This document shows positions 21,796 to 30,041 of a DNA stretch of 64,000 nucleotides, piece by piece. How positions within the stretch are numbered: the first letter of the stretch is position 1; each line of letters opens with the position of its first letter. Source of the stretch: Dehalococcoidia bacterium (GTDB taxonomy: Bacteria > Chloroflexota > Dehalococcoidia > UBA2979); contig OZ219871.1 in NCBI GenBank assembly GCA_964291495.2, positions 1,120,001 through 1,184,000 of the forward strand, in the 5' to 3' direction. The position numbers were made by a program, and so were the translations under genes. The notes beneath the pieces were generated by a model that was not told the origin of the DNA, made no database searches, and saw only the letters and a list, made by a program, of their open reading frames with translations.

Positions 21796-22182
21796 ATGGC
21801 TAAGGTCGAGGAAGCCCTCGAGATCATCAAGGGCATGACGCTGCTCGAGCTGAGGGATCTCAACAAGGCGATCGAGGAAGAGTTCGGCGTGACCGCCGCG
21901 GCGCCCGTCGCGATGGCCGCCATGCCCGCTGCGGACGGCGGCGACAACGGCGCGGCCGCGGCCGAGGAGCAGTTCGAGTTCGACGTGATCCTCACCGACT
22001 TCGGGGCCAACAAGATCAACGTGATCAAGGCGGTGCGCGAGCTCACCTCGCTCGGCCTGAAGGACGCGAAGGACGTCGTCGAGTCCGCTCCCAAGGCGAT
22101 CCGCGAAGCGGTGACCAAGGACGAGGCCGACGCCGCGAAGAGCAAGCTCGAGGAGGCCGGCGCCACCGTCGAGGTCAAGTAA
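21796..22182 (+). CDS. rplL: 50S ribosomal protein L7/L12
   Basis: [33 protein letters not shown]. Confidence 0.98.
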   Translation: MAKVEEALEIIKGMTLLELRDLNKAIEEEFGVTAAAPVAMAAMPAADGGDNGAAAAEEQFEFDVILTDFGANKINVIKAVRELTSLGLKDAKDVVESAPKAIREAVTKDEADAAKSKLEEAGATVEVK

Positions 22183-22286
22183 CGGCACATCGTCAGCCGC
22201 TCGCGGCCGGCCGCCTGCGCCAGCCTGCCTGACGCAGGCCAGGCAGGGGGTCCGGCCCGGCAGCGGCTGAGTGTGAGGCTGGCCTT

Positions 22287-23055
22287 GTGGAGTGCTTCCT
22301 CTGCGAGCGCGAGGCGGCGCGAGAGTGCCCCCGCTGCGGTCTGCTCTACTGCATGGAGCACGGCGACGTGCTCTGCGAGCGGTGCATGGATCCGGCGCAC
22401 GCCCTGCCCTCGCACCGGCTGTATCGGGGCGCCCTGTTCGCGCTGGTGGCGGCCAGCGTGGTCGCGCTCTGGCTGCTCCTCTGGCCCTCGCTGGAGGGCG
22501 GCGGCGACGCAGCGGACGACGCGGTCGCCCGCCCCACGCCGAACCCGGTGATCGCGGTGGTCCCGTCGCCGACTGCGCCGCCGACTCCCGTCACCGACGC
22601 GACGCCGACCGCCACGCCCAGCCCCACGGTGGCCGCCACGCCGAGCCCGCTCGCCACGCCCACGCCGACCGCCACGCCGACTGCCTCGCCGAGCCCCACC
22701 GCGACCCCGCCTGCCTCGCCCACGCCGACGGCGACACCAACTCCGACCGCTACGCCGACGCCGACTCCAACTCCCACGCCGACGCCGACTCCCACGCCGA
22801 CGCCGCACCCCCGAACCGACGCCACGTGTGCCGCGGACCGCCTACATCGCGAACGTGGGGGCCGGGGGCGTACTGGAGCGCAGCGACTGCATCGACCAGT
22901 CCCGCGTGGTCGGGAGCGGCTGGTTCGACGGCGACGAGGTGACGGTCGAGGAGGAGGGTTCCGAGCGGTGTGAGGGCTGGTCCCGCATCGTCAGCAACGA
23001 AGACGAGCGGGAATCCTGGATACTCAACGAGTATCTTTCTGACGAAGCACCGTAG
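22287..23055 (+). CDS. Zn-finger / TM / Pro-Thr linker / SH3-like membrane protein, apparently frameshifted at ~22806
   Basis: CxxC-x7-CxxC-x4-C-x2-H-x4-CxxC, hydrophobic helix, (TP)n linker; removing C22806 joins [16 protein letters not shown]...GWSRIV...SWILNEYL in frame. Confidence 0.65.
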
Positions 23056-23068
23056 GGAGCGCCGGACG

Positions 23069-23563
23069 ATGATGCGCCACGAGATCATCGGCGAGATGCC
23101 CGGGAACCGCCTGACGCTGCTGCGCATGGTCCTCATGTACGCGCTGCTGACGGCCGGCGGCGGGAGCATCTCGCTCGTCTCCCTGCGCGCCGTCCTCGGA
23201 GGCTCCTACGGCGCGCTCATCCCGCTCACGATCCTGCTGCTCGTCACCGGCGCCTCGCTCTTCCAGCTGATCACGGCGCTGCTCGATCTGCGAGCGGAGC
23301 CGACCTTCACGCGCGGCCAGGTCGCCCGCCTCTGGACGAAGGGCGGCCTGTTCTGGTTCTTCCGCTCGCACTACGCGATGGTCAACCGCCAGGTCTTCGT
23401 CATGGCGGCGGACGTGTGGGTCCAGCTCGAGGAGGAGAACACCGTCGAGCTGCACCACTGGCCGCACACACGAACGCTGATCCGCGCCGTGCTGATCAGC
23501 GGCGATACCGACGAGCTTGTTGAGGGTGAACCCGTATCCCCCCTCGAGGACTCCCTGGCGTGA
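23069..23563 (+). CDS. Hypothetical membrane protein (two TM helices plus soluble C-terminus)
   Basis: Host-like codon usage, GGGAG RBS, GTGA overlap with radC. Confidence 0.75.
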   Translation: MMRHEIIGEMPGNRLTLLRMVLMYALLTAGGGSISLVSLRAVLGGSYGALIPLTILLLVTGASLFQLITALLDLRAEPTFTRGQVARLWTKGGLFWFFRSHYAMVNRQVFVMAADVWVQLEEENTVELHHWPHTRTLIRAVLISGDTDELVEGEPVSPLEDSLA

Positions 23564-24288
23564 CGGTCTCCGAACCGGATCCGGGGGCGCCCGCATACCG
23601 GCTGCGCGTCTCCGATCTGGCCTCGGGCGACCGTCCGCGCGAGCGGCTCGAGCAGCTCGGCGCGCAGGCGCTCACCACCTCGGAACTGCTCGCGATCCTG
23701 CTGCGCACCGGCACTCGCGAGGAGGGCGTGCTGCAGCTCGCGGAGCGCTTGCAGCGGGAGCACCGTGGCCTGCGCGGGCTGGCAGGGGCGGACATCGCCG
23801 AGCTGTCCGCGATCCGCGGCCTCGGGCCCGCGAAGGCGGCGACGATCGCCGCCGCCTTCGAGCTGGGCCGGCGGCGCGCCATGGAAGGCGACGACGAACG
23901 CCCCCTGATCGGCTCTCCCGAGGATGTCGCGCGGCTCCTGCAGCCGGAGCTGGAGCTGCTGCCCCAGGAAGAGTTCCGCGTGCTGACGCTCGACAACGGG
24001 CATCGCGTGCTGGCCAGCCGCATGCTGACCCGCGGCTCCGTCAGCAGCGCTCCCGTGCGGGTGGCCGAGGCGTTCCGCGAGGCCGTGCGCCGCAACGCGG
24101 CCGCGATCGCCGTCGCACACAACCACCCCAGCGGCGACCCCGCGCCGAGCCCGGACGACGTCGAGACGACACGCGCCCTCGAAGCGGCCGGGGACCTGCT
24201 CGGCATCCGGGTGCTGGACCACGTCGTGATCGGTCACGGCCGCTGGATCTCGATGCGCCAGCGCGGGCTCGGCTTCAGCTCGCCGTAG
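23560..24288 (+). CDS. radC: RadC / JAB-domain protein
   Basis: RPRERL, ELLAILLRTG, GLGPAKA, AHNHPSGDPAPS.DD, LDHVVIG. Confidence 0.95.
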   Translation: MTVSEPDPGAPAYRLRVSDLASGDRPRERLEQLGAQALTTSELLAILLRTGTREEGVLQLAERLQREHRGLRGLAGADIAELSAIRGLGPAKAATIAAAFELGRRRAMEGDDERPLIGSPEDVARLLQPELELLPQEEFRVLTLDNGHRVLASRMLTRGSVSSAPVRVAEAFREAVRRNAAAIAVAHNHPSGDPAPSPDDVETTRALEAAGDLLGIRVLDHVVIGHGRWISMRQRGLGFSSP

Positions 24289-24384
24289 GCGCGCCCGCCC
24301 GAGCCGCCCGCAACGGGCGGTCCCGAGCAGCGGCGCGTGCTACGATCTTCGCGCTGCCGGGGCGGGGCGGCGCAGCGGGGTCTG

Positions 24385-24933
24385 ATGCAGCCGTTGCACT
24401 GGCTCGATCTCGTCATCGTCGCCATCATCGCGTGGCTGACCCTGCGCGCACTCTCGGTCGGACTGATCCGCGAGGTCGTAACGGCCGTCTCGGTCTTCGG
24501 CGGCGCGATCCTCGCCGGACACTTCTACGCCGAGCTGGCGGACGACATCGCCTTCGCCATCGAGGATGAGACATGGCGGGAGTTCGTCGCGTTCGCGGCG
24601 ATCTTCGTGGGCGCGATCGTGATCGGCCAGATCGCGGCCGTGCTGCTCCGTCGCGCCTCCAGGCTGCTGCTGCTCGGTACCGCGGACCGTGTCGGCGGGG
24701 CGGTGTTCGGCTTCGTCACGGGTCTGATCGTCGTCGAAGTGTTGCTGCTCGCGGCCATCACCTTCCCGGTCTCCGGCCACCTCGATGCGGCGATCGAGGA
24801 CTCCACGCTCGCGCCCGCCTTCATCGAGGGCCTGCCGGTGATCCAGCGGCTGCTCCCGCAGGAGTTCGAGGCGGCGGCGGAGCAGTGGTCCGAGATCGTG
24901 GATCTCGGCAAGGCGCTGACGCCGAACCCCTGA
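24385..24933 (+). CDS. CvpA family membrane protein
   Basis: WLDLVIV, GLIREV, DRVGGAVFG. Confidence 0.88.
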   Translation: MQPLHWLDLVIVAIIAWLTLRALSVGLIREVVTAVSVFGGAILAGHFYAELADDIAFAIEDETWREFVAFAAIFVGAIVIGQIAAVLLRRASRLLLLGTADRVGGAVFGFVTGLIVVEVLLLAAITFPVSGHLDAAIEDSTLAPAFIEGLPVIQRLLPQEFEAAAEQWSEIVDLGKALTPNP

Positions 24934-25026
24934 GCGCTCCCCTCGAAGCGCGCCGCGGGCGGCCCGGCTGCTGGCCCTGCGGCCCCAATCCACTACACTG
25001 GCGTCCGAGGTGGAGAGGCGGAGGCG

Positions 25027-25566
25027 TTGCTCGACCGGCACGCGCTGGTGCTCAACCAGGACTACGAGCCACTGAACGTCTGCGGCGTCAGGCGCGCCTT
25101 CGCGCTGGTCTTCGGCGGGCGCGCGGAGTTGCTGGAGGCCGGCGTGGAACCGATCCGCGGTGTGGACCGGGAATATCCGGCGCCCTCCGTGATCCGGCTG
25201 CGCCGCCGCGTGCGCCGTCCGCGCCCGCAGGTGCGGCTGACGCGCCGCGAGGTCTTCGCCCGCGACCGCCAGCGCTGCCAGTACTGCGGGAACGGACACC
25301 AGGACCTGACGCTGGACCACGTCGTGCCGCGCCGCCGCGGCGGCTCGCACGTCTGGGAGAACATCGTGACCGCCTGCCAGCCCTGCAACCATCGCAAGGG
25401 CGGCCGCACCCCGCGCGAGGCGCGCATGCGGCTGCTCTCGCAGCCGGTGCGGCCCCGCCTCTCCGTCGCGCAGCAGCTCGCCGAGCACCTCCAGCGCTAC
25501 GAGGAATGGCGGCCGTTCTTCCTCGGCTGGCTCGACCGGGAGACGCAGCGGGCGCTCGCGATCTGA
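25027..25566 (+). CDS. HNH endonuclease (McrA-like housekeeping type)
   Basis: LVLNQDYEPL, PSVIRL, RD...CQYCG, TLDHVVP, WENIVTAC..CNHRKG. Confidence 0.92.
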   Translation: MLDRHALVLNQDYEPLNVCGVRRAFALVFGGRAELLEAGVEPIRGVDREYPAPSVIRLRRRVRRPRPQVRLTRREVFARDRQRCQYCGNGHQDLTLDHVVPRRRGGSHVWENIVTACQPCNHRKGGRTPREARMRLLSQPVRPRLSVAQQLAEHLQRYEEWRPFFLGWLDRETQRALAI

Positions 25567-25663
25567 CCGCGGCCGGCTCGCCCGGCGGGATGGGGCGTGA
25601 GCGCACGAGGGCGTATGCTCTCCTGCGGCGCCGGACGCCGCAGCACCACGAAGGGGAGCGCCC

Positions 25664-26134
25664 GTGAGCGTCGCGCAGCGACTCGATGAGCTGGGGATCG
25701 AGATCCCGCCGCCTCCGCCGCCGGTCGGCATGTACCGCGCCGCGCTGCGCAGCGGCAACTGGCTGATGGTCTCCGGTCAGCTCCCGATGCGCGACGGCGC
25801 GCTGGTGAACCCCGGACACGTCCGCAGCGACGAGGACATCGACGCCGGCCGCGAGGCCGCGCGCGTCGCAACGTTGAACGCGCTCGCCGCCGTGCAGGCG
25901 ATTCACGGCAGCCTCGAGGGCCTGCGCGTCGTGCGGCTCGTCGGCTACGTCGCCAGCGCCCCGGACTTCGCGGCCCACCCGGCGGTGGTGAACGGCGCCA
26001 GCGAGTTGCTGCTGGACCTCTTCGGCGACGACGCCGGTCTGGGCACGCGGCTCGCGATGGGCGTCGCCGCGCTGCCGCTCGGCGCGGCCGTCGAGATCGA
26101 CCTGATCCTCGAGGACATGGAGGCAGCGGCATGA
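25664..26134 (+). CDS. RidA/YjgF family protein
   Basis: VSGQLP, VVRLVGYVAS, VVNGASELL, LPLGAAVEI. Confidence 0.9.
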   Translation: MSVAQRLDELGIEIPPPPPPVGMYRAALRSGNWLMVSGQLPMRDGALVNPGHVRSDEDIDAGREAARVATLNALAAVQAIHGSLEGLRVVRLVGYVASAPDFAAHPAVVNGASELLLDLFGDDAGLGTRLAMGVAALPLGAAVEIDLILEDMEAAA

Positions 26135-26655
26135 CGACCGGCGACGAGCGCATCCTGGTCCAGAACCGTATCGACTTCGTCACGGGGGCGGTGCGCCGCT
26201 ACCTGCCGGACGCCGACGCCCTCACCCAGATCGCGGGCGAGGTGCAGGCGCTGATCGCCGGCCGCAACGGCTCCTCGCTGCGCAACGCGCCCGCCGAGGG
26301 CGAGTGGTCCGCGCTGCGCACGCTCGGCCACATGATTGCCTACGCCCGCGTCCTCCACGACCAGCTCGACCGCATGGCGCACATGACGGACCCCGTGCTG
26401 CCCATGACCGACGACGCGGAAATCGCCGAGCGGGAGGACTGGGAGTCGCGGGATCCCGAGGAGTTGAGCAGCCTCTTCGCGGACGCGATCGGCGAGACGG
26501 TGGAGCTGCTGAAGCACGTCCCGGACTCCTCGTGGGGCCGGGCCGGGCTGCACCCGATGATGGGGCGACGCTCGATCGTCCAGCAGGTGCGCGGCGCCAG
26601 CGCGCACCTGCGCAGCCACGTCGAGCAGATCGAGGCGGCAGTCGCCTCGGCGTGA
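26131..26655 (+). CDS. DinB family protein
   Basis: GEWSALRTLGHM, WGRAGLHP, H...HVEQI. Confidence 0.82.
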   Translation: MTTGDERILVQNRIDFVTGAVRRYLPDADALTQIAGEVQALIAGRNGSSLRNAPAEGEWSALRTLGHMIAYARVLHDQLDRMAHMTDPVLPMTDDAEIAEREDWESRDPEELSSLFADAIGETVELLKHVPDSSWGRAGLHPMMGRRSIVQQVRGASAHLRSHVEQIEAAVASA

Positions 26656-27109
26656 GGCCTGTCTACATTCAGGTTCGTGTCCGGGTAGGAGTCTAGCTGC
26701 AGAGCCGATCGCCACTCACCCAGGTGCGCGGCTAAGCCGTGGGTTGGATCTGTTCGGTGGTGAACGGAATACGCCCGAGTTCGTGACCATCGACCCCGAT
26801 GTGGAGGGCGTACCTGCCAAAGTGCGGGAACTCTATGCCAACCATGTTGGCGACGACTGGTGGTCGCCTCGATGGCTCCTTCTTCTCTAGGGATTTTTAT
26901 CGGGAACTCGACAGGGGCAAGGATGTCTACACCATCAGTGTCGATCAGGCTGAGGCGAACCGTCTTGGTACCCGCCTCTGTGACGCTGGCGCGGAGCCTA
27001 GCGAACAGGGAAATCCGCTCGTGGACGAACGGAGCCGCGTGAGCAAGAATCCGGTCGAAGCCGATTCCCCTTGCCGCTCAGGGATTCGTAGGTGCCTGGT
27101 TCTATATTC

Positions 27110-27889
27110 CTAACTCCCGCAACTGTCGATGTTCACCTGGGCCGGTGTGTCGAAGAGCTGCGAGATGTCGAACGTGAGCGTCGGCGTCTCGGGCGTGCGG
27201 ATACGCAGCGTCGAGCCCCCGCGCAAAGCGTCGATGAACGCGCCGGTAGCCGCCCGATCCTGAAGGTTCGGCGTCAGGCCGTGCCCGAGGTCGCCGAAGG
27301 CGTCCCACCGCCCAGATTGTGGGGACTGTCCGTCAACCCGGTACGCGACCGACACCTTTCTCGTCCGCGAATGGTACTCATCGGTGGACAGCCACACGGC
27401 CACGTACCCACGAGCGCTGGAGCAGTTGACGACCAACGATGCACTCTGGTCGAGCCCATAGTCATCAACGTACGGCGTGATCACCATCACGAAGGTGGAG
27501 AAGGTGTCTGTCAGTTCGTCGCGGTCCGTCCAGTAGTGAACCTCGCCCAGCGTACCCTCTCCCTCGAATGGCGCGGATGGCGTCCGTCCAGGGGTGGCCG
27601 TGCCCGTCGGGGCTGACGAGGTCGTTACCTCCACTGTGATCGGGATGGTCGAGCTATGCAGCCAGCGGCTGTGTCCCGGATCGGCCGGGAAGTACCGGCG
27701 GGCCGGCAGTATCCGCTCCTCCCACTCGTCACCGTCGCGAGGCTGGAGGGCAAACTCCGTGCGCCCATCATCGAGGCGCCGGGCAACGATGCGGACCTCG
27801 TACGTCTTCTCGATGGTCTCGGCGATCACGCCTCCGGCCAAGCCGAGCAGCGTGGCGGCGAGAACGGCGGCGAACAGAACGCGGCGCAT
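27110..27889 (-). CDS. Secreted hypothetical protein (signal peptide, small beta-rich module, T/P linker, C-terminal globular domain)
   Basis: MRRVLFAAVLAATLLGLAGGVIA signal; EVRIVARRLDDGRTEFALQ...ILPARRYFP...RWLHS module; GGGAGG RBS. Confidence 0.75.
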   Translation of the reverse strand: MRRVLFAAVLAATLLGLAGGVIAETIEKTYEVRIVARRLDDGRTEFALQPRDGDEWEERILPARRYFPADPGHSRWLHSSTIPITVEVTTSSAPTGTATPGRTPSAPFEGEGTLGEVHYWTDRDELTDTFSTFVMVITPYVDDYGLDQSASLVVNCSSARGYVAVWLSTDEYHSRTRKVSVAYRVDGQSPQSGRWDAFGDLGHGLTPNLQDRAATGAFIDALRGGSTLRIRTPETPTLTFDISQLFDTPAQVNIDSCGS

Positions 27890-27917
27890 GGGTGCCTCCC
27901 TGCGGGTGATCGAGGTA

Positions 27918-28009
27918 CCGACTCACCACAAGCAGCACACAGCGCTTCGCCGCAAGGGAGGCATGCGACCTCGACCGTGCGAGGCGCTGCGTAGGCTGTG
28001 GTGAGCCGG
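27918..28009. repeat. Long imperfect inverted repeat (~32-bp arms)
   Basis: CCGACTCACCACAAGCAGCACACAGCGCTTCGC versus reverse complement of right arm CCGGCTCACCACAGCCTACGCAGCGCCTCGC. Confidence 0.75.
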
Positions 28010-28134
28010 GCCGCAGGATAGCAGACGAGCGGGCGGGGTGTGCTACCATCCGCCGCCGATGGCTCCGGCGAGCCAGGGCCTGTGATAAGGTCTTTTGGAG
28101 TGGCGGGGTCTTGTACCCCGAAGGGGCGGCCACA

Positions 28135-28317
28135 ATGGATCGAAGCAAGCTGACAGATGCCGAGTTCGACGAGAGACTGCGCCAGCGCGTGCGCGAGGGC
28201 ACGCCGATGACCGCCGAGCAACGCCGGGAGCAGCGCATAAACTACGTCTACGGCGAAAGAGTGGGCAGGACCAAGCTTAGCCGGGAGCAGATCGCACAGA
28301 TCGTCGATCAAGCCTAA
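28135..28317 (+). CDS. Small helical protein directly upstream of Fic (putative antitoxin)
   Basis: 60 aa, MTAEQRREQRINYVYGE; stop 4 nt before Fic start. Confidence 0.7.
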   Translation: MDRSKLTDAEFDERLRQRVREGTPMTAEQRREQRINYVYGERVGRTKLSREQIAQIVDQA

Positions 28318-28321
28318 CCGC

Positions 28322-28918
28322 GTGGACATCTCGACCCTCACAGGTCTTGATGAGAACCATCCCACCTATGACAAGGTGGCTACCGCCAACCTGAACAGGC
28401 TGCATGGTCTCATGGAGTCGATGGTCGAGGCTGCCTTGGACCTCAAGAGGCCGATGGTCACGCATCATCTCATCAAGGGCCTCAACTCCCACGCGATAGC
28501 GGGCCTACACTCGGCTGCGGGGCAGTACCGCGCAACCAGCATTCACGTTGGCCAGCCCGGCCCTGACGCCTACATACCTCCGGAGCCTGGGCTCGTTCAG
28601 GTCTTGATGGACGACTTTGTCCGTGAGGTTGAGGATCGGTGGGAGTCGAGTGATGCGGTTTCCCTCGCCGCTTGGGTGCTGTGGCGCATCAATTTCATCC
28701 ACCCCTTCGTCAACGGAAACGGTCGCACCGCGAGAGCCGTCTGCTACTACATCATTTGCGCGAAGATCGGTGGGTGGCTGCCTGGTGAGATCATTCTCCC
28801 GAACCGGCTGAGGCAGCACAGGGAGGACTATTACAAGGCGCTGAGGTCCGCCGATGGCGGAGAGATCCAGCCGCTCACCGAGCTCGTCAAGAAGCTGCTC
28901 GACGCACAGCTCACCTGA
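28322..28918 (+). CDS. Fic family protein (stand-alone Fic domain)
   Basis: HPFVNGNGRTAR catalytic motif. Confidence 0.92.
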   Translation: MDISTLTGLDENHPTYDKVATANLNRLHGLMESMVEAALDLKRPMVTHHLIKGLNSHAIAGLHSAAGQYRATSIHVGQPGPDAYIPPEPGLVQVLMDDFVREVEDRWESSDAVSLAAWVLWRINFIHPFVNGNGRTARAVCYYIICAKIGGWLPGEIILPNRLRQHREDYYKALRSADGGEIQPLTELVKKLLDAQLT

Positions 28919-28942
28919 ATGTAGCCGGACCCGGCGCCCGCG

Positions 28943-29788
28943 CTACCCGCGCTCCACGGGCAACTCGGGACGTACTGCCCACTCGGACCAGGAGCCGTCG
29001 TAGTTGCGCGCCTGCTCGTAGCCGAGCAGCTCGTACATCACGAACCAGGCGACCGCCGAGCGCACGCCGCCGCCGCAGTACGGGTAGGCGGCGGCCGAAC
29101 CATCGACACCGGCCGCCGAGAAGAGCGCCAGCAGCTGCTCCAGCGGGAGCAGCCGTCCGTCCTCGCGGACCAGGCGCTCCCACTCCAGGTGCACCGCGCG
29201 CGGGATGCGCCCCATGCGCGGCGCCTCGGCGTGCCCGTGCGCCTCGCCCAGCCACTCGCCGTCCGAGCGGCAGTCGACGATGCGTGCCGGGCCGCCCTCG
29301 GCGGCTGCGAGCACGTCGCCCGCCAGGGCGAGGATCGAGGCGTCGGGCTCGGCCAGCGTGACGTCGCTCGGGCTGACGGGGGGAACCTCGGCGTCCACCG
29401 GCACCCCCGCCGCGCGCAGCGCCGGCACCGCGCCGTCTGCGAGGTGCACGCGCGGGAAGCGGTAGTAGCGCAGCGCCCAGTAGGCCCGCGCCGGCCAGGC
29501 CGAGCGCGCGCCGGCCGTGCAGACGATGCGCTGCTCCGGCGAGACGCCAAGGCCCGAGAGGTTCGCCGCCATGCGCTCTGGAGTCGGGACCAGCGCGCGG
29601 ACGCCGTCGCGATCCTCGGTGAAGTCGCCGTAGCCGTGCGCGTAGACCGCGCCGCGCACGTGCGCCGCGTCGTACTCGCCGCGGTCGTTGGCGATGTGCA
29701 GTACGCGGAGGTCCGCGTCGTCGACGTGCGCCGCAAGCCACGCGCCGTCGACGAGCGCGGGCACGAAGTCGTCACGCGGTCCGCTCAC
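28943..29788 (-). CDS. Tandem-rhodanese sulfurtransferase (SseA/TST-like)
   Basis: LVDGAWL, IVDCRS..EWLG, GRIPRA, YCGGGVRS, YDGSWSEW. Confidence 0.92.
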   Translation of the reverse strand: MSGPRDDFVPALVDGAWLAAHVDDADLRVLHIANDRGEYDAAHVRGAVYAHGYGDFTEDRDGVRALVPTPERMAANLSGLGVSPEQRIVCTAGARSAWPARAYWALRYYRFPRVHLADGAVPALRAAGVPVDAEVPPVSPSDVTLAEPDASILALAGDVLAAAEGGPARIVDCRSDGEWLGEAHGHAEAPRMGRIPRAVHLEWERLVREDGRLLPLEQLLALFSAAGVDGSAAAYPYCGGGVRSAVAWFVMYELLGYEQARNYDGSWSEWAVRPELPVERG

Positions 29789-29816
29789 GGGCCTTCTCCC
29801 TCACCCTCTCCTTCAG

Positions 29817-30036
29817 GAGACCTCTGCAGAACCGTCAGTCCGGCTCGCCCTCCCCGTCATCCGGCTCGCCCTGCCTGTCATCCGGCCCCTTCCCGTCATT
29901 CCGGCGAAAGCCGGAATCCAGGCACGCCCACCTACCGCCGAGCCCCCAGAGCGCCCGCTGGCGCAACAGGCCCCGTTGGTGCAACGTGGCCCGGAGGCTC
30001 CCTCACCCTCCGCCCTCTCCCTCGGGGAGAGGGGAC
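29817..30036. repeat. REP-like cluster
   Basis: GAGACCTCTGCAGAAC (29817), short repeats of GTCATCCGGC, GTCATTCCGGCGAAAGCCGGAATCCAG (29895-29921), CCCTCACCCTCCGCCCTCTCCCTCGGGGAGAGGGG (~30001-30035). Confidence 0.85.
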
Positions 30037-30041
30037 AGATG

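Noticed and set aside
25027-25566. HNH protein as an IscB/Cas9-like or defence nuclease
   Set aside because: Short, no RuvC motifs, host-like codon usage; matches the widespread stand-alone LVLN...PSVIRL HNH family
26799-27113. 104-aa ORF as an intact gene
   Set aside because: Atypical codon usage, no RBS, and protein-like stretches spread over different frames
27918-28320. Canonical integron cassette array
   Set aside because: No integrase, the hairpin lacks AAC/GTT core sites, and the GCCTAAC at 28312 is followed directly by the Fic gene with no matching GTTRRRY
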